This document shows positions 42,553-55,721 of a DNA stretch of 64,000 nt, piece after piece. Position numbers and translations under genes: made by a program. This DNA is from Eledone cirrhosa (lineage: Eukaryota): assembly GCA_964016885.1 (NCBI GenBank), contig OZ024745.1:104222001-104286000 (forward strand). The letters are read 5' to 3'. Position 1 is the first letter of the stretch. Every line of letters begins with the position of its first letter. The notes beneath the pieces are model-generated. The model saw nothing but the letters and a program-made list of their open reading frames with translations, was not told the DNA's origin and searched no databases.

Positions 42553-43700
42553 TGTGCTGCTGCTGAATGTCAGAGGCCTGGTGAAACTCACTAACATGAG
42601 TAAAATTTCCTACCTGGGAGACTTAGCCATAAGCAATCAAGCATTATGCATGGCACTAACCGAAACGCACCTGTATAGCAGATGCGGAAATACATATACC
42701 AAAATATACTGTATTTCGTTCGGACAGGAAGGAGAGAACTCATGGTGGGGTTGCTCTGTATATCCGTGAAGATGTCACACCAATTGTACTGTTGACACAT
42801 TCAAACCCAGTCTGTGACACACTGATAATACATATGAAGCAACTACAGACAGTAATATGTGTCACATATCGGCCACTCGATGCCCCAGTCATGAGGGTAA
42901 ATTTGAGGATAGCCTCTGTAGGATAGAAGAGGTCCTTGACAAACTGGACCAGGGTCTCAACATTCTACTGCTGGGTGACTTCAGCCTGCCAAAGGTCAAA
43001 TGGCCTGAGGGCCACTTCCTCCCTGGAATTACATCACTAGAACAGAGACAGACGGAGTCCCTGCTGGCCTTCACACACAAGCTGCTCATGGAACAAGCAG
43101 TACTTCTCCCAACAAGAGGAGAGAATGTTCTAGATCTCTGTTTTACAAACAACGCAGTACTCATTCACAATGTAAAAGTGATACTAACGATTTTCTCGGA
43201 TCACAACTTAGTAGAACTAATGATATGTGGTCCGAGAGAATCAACAGAGACACCATCAAGAAGCACCGGGAACTTATCCAGCCTTAACTTCTACGAGGCT
43301 AACTGGAAAAAGATCAAGAGAGAAATCCAGAAGCAAATATGGGGCGAAAACATCGCCACACAAGACACCAACACACATTTTCAACACTTCATGACAACGA
43401 TACAAACTATATGCCCCGGAGAAAAAGGCCAAGAGATACAAAAATCTTATTCCCAGAGATAGGAAAATCCTTATGAGACGAAGAACTAAGCTCTCAAACC
43501 AGTTGAATGCACAACAAAAAAACAAAAACAAGAAAGAATCCTATTTGAAACGTACACTACTTGACATCGAGATTGCACTCAAACTTTCCCATGAAAATGA
43601 GAGGGCAAAGAAAGAAAACAGGGTCATCGAAAATATTAAAATAAACCCTAAGACCTTCTTTAAATTTGCAAAAGAGACTGCTTCGGTACACTTAAAGGGC
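42553..43700 (+). mobile_element. CR1-like LINE fragment (APE endonuclease region)
   Basis: LLNVRGL, ALTETHL, GGVALY, LLGDF.LP.VKW, PTRGENVLDLCFTN, SDHNLV, NPKTFFKF. Confidence 0.82.
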
Positions 43701-43704
43701 GCTA

Positions 43705-44624
43705 GATAAACTTAAACTAAATATTAAGATAGTGGAAAGAACAGGTACCTCCATAAAAACACTTATTAGTAATACATACTCTTTTCAAAGACCTCCCTGT
43801 ATAGATAAGAAATGCATAATCTGTAAACTAAGCCCCCATATTAACTGTAAAACTAGAAACATAGTATATAGCATAATATGTACTGAGGGACAATGTAAAG
43901 ATAAGAATATAATGTACAGAGGTGAGACAGCTCGTAGCATAGGAGAACGATTAAATGAACACTGGCGAGAACTCCAAGATAGAAAGGACTCATCAGTACT
44001 CCACCAACATGCTAAAATACAACATAAGGGCAAATTAGAGAACATAAAAATTATAAATAAAATCTACACACAGAAAAGACGCAATGTTTAGACAAATCAC
44101 AGAGGCAATAAACATAAATGAGCGCCAACCAAAATTAAATAGAAAACTTGAATGGAATAGCAACATCACAACTTACAATTAAGGACAAAAGGAAAACACA
44201 TACACGCATAAAGCAAACAACTAACTTGTAGCATGTAAATAAACAAATAAAAACACACACAGACACCTGGATGTAACACATGCGCAAACTAAGCACACAA
44301 CACACACAAAAACAAGATGGCGTAGGACAGAACAAGGGATAGGCACAAAACAAAGAAAAGAATCCCGAGTCACTGATGTGGTCACAGAATGTGTGACGAA
44401 AGAACTTTGACAATATATGAACAACCGTCCGGTTGTGGAACCAGCCAACCAACCGGAAATTTATCAATTTTTTAAAATTTATAATTTAATTTATAATAAA
44501 TTGAAGTGAAAGCAACTGGTGCGTGTGTTTCTTATTGACAACATGACCCTTCCAAAGTATAACAATATCGGTTTCAACACACGTTTTCAGATACAGAATC
44601 TTACTAAACAAATTCAGAAACGAA

Positions 44625-44627
<3 letters not shown>
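43705..44627 (+). mobile_element. 3' fragment of the YVDD PLE family (GIY-YIG + pLTR + tail), with a degenerate HHR at 44369-44411
   Basis: High similarity to 53100-54196. GTCA-CTGATGT-G-GTCAC..GTGAC-GAAAGAACTT-TGAC carries an A9->U change. Confidence 0.9.
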
Positions 44628-44677
<50 letters not shown>

Positions 44678-44682
44678 CATAC

Positions 44683-44804
<122 letters not shown>

Positions 44805-44811
44805 TATATAC

Positions 44812-44880
<69 letters not shown>

Positions 44881-44915
44881 TGCATATATATACACATGTA
44901 TATACATGTATATAA

Positions 44916-44994
<79 letters not shown>

Positions 44995-45013
44995 TATACA
45001 TATATATATATAC

Positions 45014-45068
<55 letters not shown>

Positions 45069-45127
45069 TATACATATATATATACATATATATATATATA
45101 CATACATATATATACATATATATATAC

Positions 45128-45220
<93 letters not shown>

Positions 45221-45635
45221 CATACATGTATATATATATATATATACACACATATTTACACACGTATTTACTACGGTTATGAGATGCGGTTTCTTATTCG
45301 TGTACAACTTCTGATTTTAGCCTAAGAAAATATCTATATGCGTGTGTAATTTATACACGCATACATTTATTTTTTTAATTTCAATTGAGTTCTTAACACG
45401 TTGGGTTGATAATGTTTTCGATAAAACTAATTAACCCGCGTGTATATTATTTTTTATCTTCCTTTCGTGGATCGTGGTTATCTCCCCTTCCCGCTTCGTG
45501 ACGCTAAAATACTTCCTCAGTCAAAAACTGCTGGAATTTTAAATTTGGCGGTCATTCGAGGCGAGAGGGAGAAACTTAACGGACACGATTTTTGACTGCG
45601 GTAAGAATTTTTTCTTATATCAAAGTTTAATGGGC

Positions 45636-45760
45636 TTCCACTGATGATTTATAAACGCCCACCTAAATATATTCTTACATGAATGTATATTAGGCTTCTA
45701 CATAAACTGGAAATATTCTCCCAATTTGTAGAAAACTTATAATGAAACAATTGTTTGGAA
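45636..45760 (+). ncRNA. Hammerhead ribozyme with a branched about 95-nt stem II domain
   Basis: TTCCA-CTGATGA-TTTATAA..TTATAAT-GAAAC-AATT-GTT^TGGAA; cut after 45755. Confidence 0.82.
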
Positions 45761-46635
45761 AGAGAGATATACTTTAACTTTAATTATATCTCATAAAATA
45801 ATACAACTGGCTTTTCCACATAATACATATTGTTAGCCCCCCAAACATTTAAATTGGGTTCATATTAAAATATAACCTAATGTTTGTTGAGTGAGATGGT
45901 TATCAGTCAGAGTTTAGCTTTAAACTATCTCTGTTATTGTATTAAATATTTTACTCTTGATTTGCCAGAGGTGTTTATTTCCAGGTACCTTTTAAATTTG
46001 ACTTTCCGTATTTATTACTGTTGTGGATTATTGTGGGTTTTTTTGTTGTTGTAACTTCTCTGTTTTTTAGCCTAAGAAAATATATATATGCCTATGTATA
46101 TAATTACATGCATACATTTATTTTTTTAAATTAATTGAGTTCTTTACACGAGGAATTGATATTAGTTTTGAAATAGCTAATTAACCCGCGTGTGTTTTAT
46201 ATTTTACTCTTAATTCGGCCGGAGATTTACATTCCCATTTGCCCTTTAAAACATAACTTTCCATATTTACTACGGTTATCAGATGCGGTTTCTTATTCGG
46301 GTACAACTTCTGATTTTAGCCTAAGAAAATATCTATATGCGTGTGTAATTTATACACGCATACATTTATTTTTTTAATTTCAATTGAGTTCTTAACACGT
46401 TGGGTTAATAATGTTTTCGATAAAACTAATTAACCCGCGTGTATATTATTTTTTTATCTTCGTTTCGTGGATCGTGGTTATCTCCCATTCCCGCTTCGTG
46501 ACGCTAAAATACTTCCTCAGTCAAAAACTGGTGGAATTTCAAATTTGGCGGTCATTCGAGCCGAGAGGGAGAAACTTAACGGACACGATTTTTGACTGCG
46601 GTAAGAATTTTTTCTTATATCAAAGTTTAATGGGC

Positions 46636-46760
46636 TTCCACTGATGATTTATAAACGCCCACCTAAATATATTCTTACAAGAATGTATATTAGGCTTCTA
46701 CATAAACTGGAAATATTCTCCCAATTTGTAGAAAACTTATAATGAAACAATTGTTTGGAA
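46636..46760 (+). ncRNA. Second copy of the branched-stem-II hammerhead
   Basis: Identical architecture; cut after 46755. Confidence 0.82.
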
Positions 46761-46941
46761 AGAGAGATATACTTTAACTTTAATTATATCTCATAAAATA
46801 ATACAACTGGCTTTTCCACATAATATATATTGTTAGCACCCCAAACACTTAAATTGGGTTCATATTAAAATATAACCTAATGTTTGTTGAGTGAGATGGT
46901 TACCAGTCAGAGTTTAGCTTTAAACTATCTCTGTTATTGTA

Positions 46942-47037
<96 letters not shown>

Positions 47038-47186
47038 ATATGTATATATATATATATTGACTCTGTTTTCCGTTTATCTTTCACCGAAAGTGATTTTTGA
47101 ATGCATCTCTTCTTTTCATGATATCCGGATTACATTGAGTTCTTCATACGGATTGGACACTACCGTAAACTTTTGGTAGATTTATC

Positions 47187-47252
<66 letters not shown>

Positions 47253-47257
<5 letters not shown>

Positions 47258-50200
47258 ATACTTTGGGAGGGTCATGTTGCCAATAAGAAACACACGCACC
47301 AGTTGCTTTCACTTCAATTTATTATATATTTATAAATTTATAAATTTACAAATTTACAAATTTACAAATTTACAAACCTATAAATTTCTGGTTGGTTGGT
47401 TGGTTCCACAACCAGATAGTTGTTTATATATATAGTCATAGTCCTTTCGTCACACACTCTGTGACCTCTTCAGTGACTGGGGATTCCTTTCTTCGTTTCT
47501 GTGCCTTTCCTTTCTTCTATCCTACGCCATTTTGTTTCTGTGTGTGTGTTGTGTGCTCAGTTTGCGCATGCGCCACATCCGGGTGTCTGTGTGTGTTTGT
47601 GTTCATTTTTCTATTTTTCTATTTATATTTTTCTATTTGTTTATTTATTTATTTATTTATTGTTGGTTGGTTGTTTGTTCTATGTGTGTGTGTGTTTTCA
47701 TTTTGTCCTGTGTGTGTTTTCATTTTGTCCTGTGTGTGTTTTCATTTTGTGTGTGTTTTCAATTGTAAGTTGTTTGTTCTATGTGTGTGTGTGTTTTCAT
47801 TTTGTCCTTAATTGTAAGTTGTGATGTTGCTGTTCCACTCATATTTTCTATTTAATTTTGGTTTTAATTCTTTTATGCTAACTGCCTCTGTAATTTGCCT
47901 AAACATTGCGTCTTTTCTGTGTGTGGATTCTATTTTTATTTCTATGCTCTCTAATCTACCCCTGTGTTCTATCTTAGCATGTTGGTAGAGCACAGATGAT
48001 TCTTTATTATCTTGGAGGTTTCGCCAGTGTTCATTTATTCGTTCCCCTATACTACGAGCTGTCTCACCTATGTACACTATATTTTTGTTTCTGCATTGTC
48101 CTTCAGTACATCTTATGCTATACACTACATTTCTAGTTTTACAGTTAATATGGGGGCTTATTTTACAGGTTATACATTTCTTATCTATACATGAGGGTCT
48201 TTGGAACGGGTATGTCTTGCTAATAAGTGTTTTTACGGAGATACCAGGTCTTTCTACTATCTTAATATTGAGATTATGTTTATTTAGGGCCCTTCTAAAT
48301 TTGTAGGCTAGTTGGCCTCTAGGGGTTGTATTGATGAACATTACACTCTGGTATTTATTGCTATCATACCATGAGTTTATTCTATTGGCCTTGTTCCTAG
48401 TTCTTTCTATTCTATTCCAAAATTTGCTCCTATACAAGGTGCAGGTCCCATTTATGTCATTATTTACCATTTTTTCCCATTTGGTTCTGGCTCCTTTATA
48501 CACTCTGATTCTATCTCTCTGATTGTAGCCAGAGAACTGCATACGGTGGATGAAGTGTTGTATGTGTCTCTCTAGTTCTTCGGGGTTTCACATGCGGGAC
48601 ACATTCCTCATCACCCGTACCAAATCCGCAATCAGTATGTTGATTTTGGTATGGTCCGAAATGGCCGAGTTTCGGTGGATCAGATGTTTGGAAGTCATGG
48701 GTTTGGCATAATGGGAATGGAGGATTTGTTTTTGGTTGTTAATGGTATCTAACCAGAGCTCTGTGTCTAGTACAGGTAATCGATGGTTGGGGTGTCTACT
48801 TGGGTAGTCTATAGTAACTCTAATGCTCTGGTGGATGGAGTTTGCTATTTGCTGGATGCTTTCCATTGTGTTTTTCTCTAGTTCCTGACTGTTCTTTAGT
48901 GGGGGTGTCTTAACTACGATGTTTATATCATCTACGTAGCGGGAGTACATTATCAGGGTTAAGCTGTCTTCTAATTGTTCATTAAGTTTTTGTTTAAGTC
49001 TACTGTCCCACCATACCATGAATAAGTTAGCTATGTCGCCTGCAATGCTAACACCAATGGCTGCTCCTTCCTCTTGGGCATATGTTTTACCATTAAATTT
49101 GAACATATGTTCCTTAAGGGTTAATTTTATGCTGGCCCCTACCGCATGTGCAATCATTTTCTTCAGTTCATCGTGGTTTTCGGGTGTCCGTATGGCTCTG
49201 GTCCACCCGTTCCATCTATCTGTGTGGGTTTTCTTGGCCATTGAGGTAATGGTAGGTGGTCTGCCTCTTGCTGGTCTTGTAGGGCACAGGTTGCTAAGGT
49301 CATAAGTGTCTAGGTAACTATTACTATGGGTAAGCTTAAGTAGAAGTCTCAGCTCACTGGTATCAATCCCACGGAACTCAACCTTGCTCTCGCTGATCAT
49401 TTCTACGCATTTCTCCACAGCAAAATCCACGTCAATAGATGGATACAGGGACACAACACCCATACTGCCTATTATGCAGTTTGTTAGGTCCCCAGATCGG
49501 TTACCCGCGCCGATTCTGCTGAGGAGGTCCTCCGTGCTGTCACACACATCTGGGGACATCTCAATGATGGGGCGTATGATCAGGGAGAGGAAGTAGGACA
49601 GTCTGTAGTTACTAGCAATGTTAGCCCCACAGACTGGCCGTGTTGGTGGTCCCGCGACAGGGTCCCAGCCCGTTTTATGGTCTTTTCGAAGCCCATACAA
49701 CGCCGGCACGTCATTGTTCCAGGCCTGGAAGTTGTTGGCAGTCCTTTTGTTGGGCTGCATTATATTCGTCCACATCACCATATGGGCATTGAGGGCTTTT
49801 TCTCTATCCTCATGCTCCTGTGGTGTTACCTCTCTTGTGTTAGTGATGTGGGGTTGCATTGCCTGGATGTAGTTTGGCAGGCTGTCAACCGACATTCTGC
49901 CAGACTTGTCTGTTGGAAAACATGCTATCTCTCCATTACGCGAGCGCTGCATGAGCTTACGCAAGCCATTTGGAGATTCTTCTCCCAGTTGCTGGGCCTC
50001 TATTCTATTATGCTTCTTGCTATACTGTTCTATAATATTTCTAAGTTCGGATTTAGCTATACTAAATTGTGCTTCTGTTTGTTCATCGACCTGCGACGGC
50101 AACTGCGTGGGTTTGTTAAATGGCAAAGTCGTGGCGTGGACTCGTCGTAGGTCGAATGATTTATCGGAGGGGTTATAAAATGGAGAGTTCCAGGCTGCTG

Positions 50201-51720
50201 CTTTATGTGTACTAGTGCTATTATTATTGTTAGTTGTGTTGTTTCTATTTCCACCAACAGCCTCAGCTTCATGGTTGTTTCTATGTCTCTCATAATTACT
50301 CCTGTCTCTTTCCACTGGCTCAATGTTGTTATCTACCCTATTTTGTGTGTCTGTGTGTTCGTCTTGGTTATTCTCTTTGTCCTTAGTCTCCCATCTCCTT
50401 TTCCTTTTAATCCTATTACTTTCTCTTATTTCTCTGATTTCTGTGCTACTGTCATTACTTGTTTTCTGTGTCTGTGTGTTTGTTAAGATTGTGGTGGTGG
50501 TGAGAGGCATTGAATGCGTGTGTGTTGTTGTTGTTGATGTGTGTTGTTGTTGTCTCCGTGTGTGTGTGTGTGTTATCGTTGTTGTGTGTGTTGTTGTTGT
50601 ATCTGGGTATGTTGCTATTGTTGTTGTTGTTGATGTGTGTGTTGTTGTTATTGTTGTCTCCGTGTGTGTTATCGTTGTTGTGTGTGTTGTTATTGTTGTT
50701 TGTGTCTGCGTGTCTGTTGTTGTTGTATCTGGGTATGTTGCTATTGTTGTTGTTGTATCTGGGTATGTTGCTATTGTTGTTGTTGTTGTTATTGTTGTTT
50801 GTGTCTGTGTGTCTGTTGTTGTTGGGATGTGTGTTGTATATGTGTGTGCGTATATTGTTGCTTTTGTTTTTGATGCTCCAGCGTAGTTTTGTAAATGATT
50901 TTTCTATTTCTGACAGACAACTAATCATATTTACCTTCTTGAATGTCGCAAATTTGGGTGGCAGACGTAACACAGACATTTCATTATTATCTATTTCCGT
51001 GTTTCCATAAATGTTGGTATTTTCGTTGTTGAACTCTTCAGATAATGAGGTGTCGGCCATGTTGATACCGTCAATTTTGTCGGGATATCTATTGGTATAC
51101 TCTATAGTATCCCGATTTAGCTTTGCCTGTTTAAGCCACTTTAATTTTCTGTTAAAGTGCTTATCACATTCTTGAGTAATGTACTGTTCTTCGGGGCGTA
51201 TAATGCTTATAAATGTTAGTTTTTCTGCTGGTGTGGTGATTTTAGATATTTCTTGTATTAGGTTACGCTTTAGTTTTTCTTGATGACTTAATTCTCTATA
51301 GATCTTCTTTTTTATGTTTAGAATTAAAGTTCGTTTTAGCCTATCTGCTTGTTTTTTGGTGAGTTGTAATCTTCTAACGTCTGTATTGATGGTGTTGGTG
51401 TAGATTCTAGAAGTGGTGCACAGTTTTATGAAGCGTAGTTGTCGAGATGTTATGGTTTTTCGTAGACAACAGAACATGGTGGTTTTCAGTATCTTGTTAG
51501 CCTGGCTAAGGCTTACGATATTTCGTTTCTGAATTTGTTTAGCAAGATTCTTTATCTGAAATCGTGTGTTGAAACCGATATTGTTATACTTTGGGAGGGT
51601 CATGTTGCCAATAAGAAACACACGCACCAGTTGCTTTCACTTCAATTTATTATATATTTATAAATTTATAAATTTACAAATTTACAAATTTACAAACCTA
51701 TAAATTTCTGGTTGGTTGGT
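47253..51720 (-). mobile_element. Near full-length YVDD Penelope-like element (provisionally Nematis-like); ORF 51603->47808 with one frameshift and one in-frame TGA
   Basis: MTLPKYNN.., LRLPPKF..KLRW, TDKSGR, GPPTRPVCG, VVSLYPSI, GAAIGVSIAG, RYVDD, LPVLD, C-x4-C-x2-C linker, YIGETARS..R..EH. Confidence 0.93.
47434..47478 (-). ncRNA. Hammerhead ribozyme (extra nt after A9)
   Basis: Mirror image of 53910-53954. Confidence 0.82.
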
Positions 51721-53804
51721 TGGGACCCTGTCGCGGGACCACCAACACGGCCAGTCTGTGGGGCTAACATTGCTAGTAACTACAGACTGTCCTACTTCCT
51801 CTCCCTGATCATACGCCCCATCATTGAGATGTCCCCAGATGTGTGTGACAGCACGGAGGACCTCCTCAGCAGAATCGGCGCGGGTAACCGATCTGGGGAC
51901 CTAACAAACTGCATAATAGGCAGTATGGATGTTGTGTCCCTGTATCCATCTATTGACGTGGATTTTGCTGTGGAGAAATGCGTAGAAATGATCAGCGAGA
52001 GCAAGGTTGAGTTCCGTGGGATTGATACCAGTGAGCTGGGACTTCTACTTAAGCTTACCCATAGTAATAGTTACCTAGACACTTATGACCTTAGCAACCT
52101 GTGCCCTACAAGACCAGCAAGAGGCAGACCACCTACCATTACCTCAATGGCCAAGAAAACCCACACAGATAGATGGAACGGGTGGACCAGAGCCATACGG
52201 ACACCCGAAAACCACGATGAACTGAAGAAAATGATTGCACATGCGGTAGGGGCCAGCATAAAATTAACCCTTAAGGAACATATGTTCAAATTTAATGGTA
52301 AAACATATGCCCAAGAGGAAGGAGCAGCCATTGGTGTTAGCATTGCAGGCGACATAGCTAACTTATTCATGGTATGGTGGGACAGTAGACTTAAACAAAA
52401 ACTTAATGAACAATTAGAAGACAGCTTAACCCTGATAATGTACTCCCGCTACGTAGATGATATAAACATCGTAGTTAAGACACCCCCACTAAAGAACAGT
52501 CAGGAACTAGAGAAAAACACAATGGAAAGCATCCAGCAAATAGCAAACTCCATCCACCAGAGCATTAGAGTTACTATAGACTACCCAAGTAGACACCCCA
52601 ACCATCGATTACCTGTACTAGACACAGAGCTCTGGTTAGATACCATTAACAACCAAAAACAAATCCTCCATTCCCATTATGCCAAACCCATGACTTCCAA
52701 ACATCTGATCCACCGAAACTCGGCCATTTCGGACCATACCAAAATCAACATACTGATTGCGGATTTGGTACGGGTGATGAGGAATGTGTCCCGCATGTGA
52801 AACCCCGAAGAACTAGAGAGACACATACAACACTTCATCCACCGTATGCAGTTCTCTGGCTACAATCAGAGAGATAGAATCAGAGTGTATAAAGGAGCCA
52901 GAACCAAATGGGAAAAAATGGTAAATAATGACATAAATGGGACCTGCACCTTGTATAGGAGCAAATTTTGGAATAGAATAGAAAGAACTAGGAACAAGGC
53001 CAATAGAATAAACTCATGGTATGATAGCAATAAATACCAGAGTGTAATGTTCATCAATACAACCCCTAGAGGCCAACTAGCCTACAAATTTAGAAGGGCC
53101 CTAATTAAACATAATCTCAATATTAAGATAGTAGAAAGACCTGGTACCTCCGTAAAAACACTTATTAGCAAGACATACCCGTTCCAAAGACCCTCATGTA
53201 TAGATAAGAAATGTATAACCTGTAAAATAAGCCCCCATATTAACTGTAAAACTAGAAATGTAGTGTATAGCATAAGATGTACTGAAGGACAATGTAGAAA
53301 CAAAAATATAGTGTACATAGGTGAGACAGCTCGTAGTATAGGGGAACGAATAAATGAACACTGGCGAGACCCCCAAGATAATAAAGAATCATCTGTGCTC
53401 TACCAACATGCTAAGATAGAACACAGGGGTAGATTAGAGAGCATAGAAATAAAAATAGAATCCACACACAGAAAAGACGCAATGTTTAGGCAAATTACAG
53501 AGGCAGTAAGCATAAAAGAATTAAAACCAAAATTAAATAGAAAATATGAGTGGAACAGCAACATCACAACTTACAATTAAGGACAAAATGAAAACACACA
53601 CACACATAGAACAAACAACTTACAATTGAAAACACACACAAAATGAAAACACACACAGGACAAAATGAAAACACACACAGGACAAAATGAAAACACACAC
53701 ACACATAGAACAAACAACCAACCAACAATAAATAAATAAATAAATAAACAAATAGAAAAATATAAATAGAAAAATAGAAAAATGAACACAAACACACACA
53801 GACA

Positions 53805-53863
53805 CCCGGATGTGGCGCATGCGCAAACTGAGCACACAACACACACACAGAAACAAAATGGCG
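53805..53863 (+). promoter_or_regulatory. Putative pLTR promoter: ETS-like CCGGATGT, NRF1-like GCGCATGCGC, YY1-like AAAATGGCG
   Basis: Motifs cluster 50-100 nt upstream of the HHR and are partly retained in the diverged copies at 36.8 and 44.3 kb. Confidence 0.5.
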
Positions 53864-53909
53864 TAGGATAGAAGAAAGGAAAGGCACAGAAACGAAGAAA
53901 GGAATCCCC

Positions 53910-53954
53910 AGTCACTGAAGAGGTCACAGAGTGTGTGACGAAAGGACTATGACT
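53910..53954 (+). ncRNA. Hammerhead ribozyme (extra nt after A9)
   Basis: AGTCA-CTGAAGA-G-GTCAC(AGAGTGT)GTGAC-GAAAG(GA)CTA^TGACT; cut after 53949. Confidence 0.82.
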
Positions 53955-54266
53955 ATATATATAAACAACTATCTGGTTGTGGAACCAACCAACCAACCAG
54001 AAATTTATAGGTTTGTAAATTTGTAAATTTGTAAATTTGTAAATTTATAAATTTATAAATATATAATAAATTGAAGTGAAAGCAACTGGTGCGTGTGTTT
54101 CTTATTGGCAACATGACCCTCCCAAAGTATAACAATATCGGTTTCAACACACGATTTCAGATAAAGAATCTTGCTAAACAAATTCAGAAACGAAATATAT
54201 ATATATATACATATATATACATGTATATATATATACATATATATATATGTATATATATACATATAT

Positions 54267-54309
<43 letters not shown>

Positions 54310-54310
54310 T

Positions 54311-54426
<116 letters not shown>

Positions 54427-54784
54427 ATATATATATATATACATATGAATAAAGATAGTCCTTCATCAGTGATCTTCCAACCATCATTGGTATTTCATCG
54501 CTTTAAAGACCATATACCTCCGGTTGGTGCGAGCAACGGCTAAAAAAAGTCGTTGGGACACGTAAATAAAGGGGACAGGAGAGTGTAAACAACCAAAGAT
54601 GGTGAAGCAATGAAAAGTGAGGAAGAAGGAGTCAAGTCCCAAATTTCCATGAATATAAGTTCATATATATATTTATACATGTATATATATATTTATACAT
54701 GTATATATATATATACACACATATATATATTTATACATGTATATATATATATACACACACATATATATATATACATGTATATAT

Positions 54785-55700
54785 AATCACAGGAGATAAT
54801 TTTTACAAGTGTGTAACCACACATAGCTAGGTAGGTAACTAAATAAAATTAACTAGAACTTCAAAAATAGATACCTTATAATATGATTAATCTTCCCTGT
54901 ATATATTCCATTAAAGAAATATATTTCACCAATTAATCAGATGGTAAAGCACGTGATTATTCATGTTTATATATATGTTAATCAATTTCTAGTTATTATA
55001 AAATCCTCGGACCTACTCGTTAGAATCTTGGAGCTTATTTTCCGGGTGATGTAGTGCATGTCTTTCTGGCATGACACCCATAATTTTGATTTAGATTAAA
55101 TTCATTTAATTTATCTTAATTTTGGATATATATATATAAATACGGCTCCTTTATTGTAGAGCTAACTCTGTTGAAAGGACTCGACTGCTGTTTCTAGTTG
55201 TCGATAACCCTATTCACGCCATTGGGACGAAGCTAATATGATGTGTGCATTTATAGTAAATACAACACGTGGTAATAGCCAGTTGCAGATTTGAACTTGA
55301 AGTGTAAGCACGGATGGCTGGAAATTTTCTTCCTTGTTGAAAATCCAAAATCTCCACTTCCGTGGTTTAGCATCTGATTAATTGGTGAAATATATTTCTT
55401 TAATGGAATATATACAGGGAAGATTAATCATATTATAAGGCATCTATTTTTGAAGTTCTAGTCAACTTTATTTAGTTACCTACCTAGCTATGTGTGGTTA
55501 CACACTTGTAAAAATTATCTCCTGTGATTATTCATGTTTATATATATGTTAATCAATTTTTAGTTATTATAAAAACCTCGGATCTACTCGTTAGAATCTT
55601 GGAGCTTATTTTCCAGGTGATATGGCGCATGTCTTTCTGGCATGACACCCATAACTTTGATTTAGATTAAATTCATTTAATTTATCTTAATTTTGTATAT
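54785..55700. repeat. Local rearrangement: inverted repeat (about 54785-54943 / 55371-55530) plus direct repeat (about 54953-55130 / 55524-55700)
   Basis: Direct sequence comparison. Confidence 0.8.
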
Positions 55701-55721
55701 ATATATATATATATATATATA

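Larger units (their letters stand above)
45265..46945 (+). mobile_element. Non-coding retrozyme-like element: two about 680-bp direct repeats, each with an HHR, period 1,000 bp
   Basis: 45265-45945 closely matches 46264-46945. About 320-bp spacer, (TA)n flanks, no coding capacity. Confidence 0.8.
51720..54196 (+). mobile_element. Inverted, 5'-truncated second copy of the same PLE (RT 51721-52800, TGA, thumb and GIY-YIG to 53580, pLTR, tail)
   Basis: Mirror of 47253-49667 (coordinates sum to 101388). Retains the catalytic SMDVVSLYPS where the minus copy has SMGVV. Confidence 0.95.

Noticed and set aside
50205-51010. Val/Cys/Leu-rich plus-strand ORFs
   Set aside because: Antisense shadows of the (AAC)n expansion in the PLE ORF.
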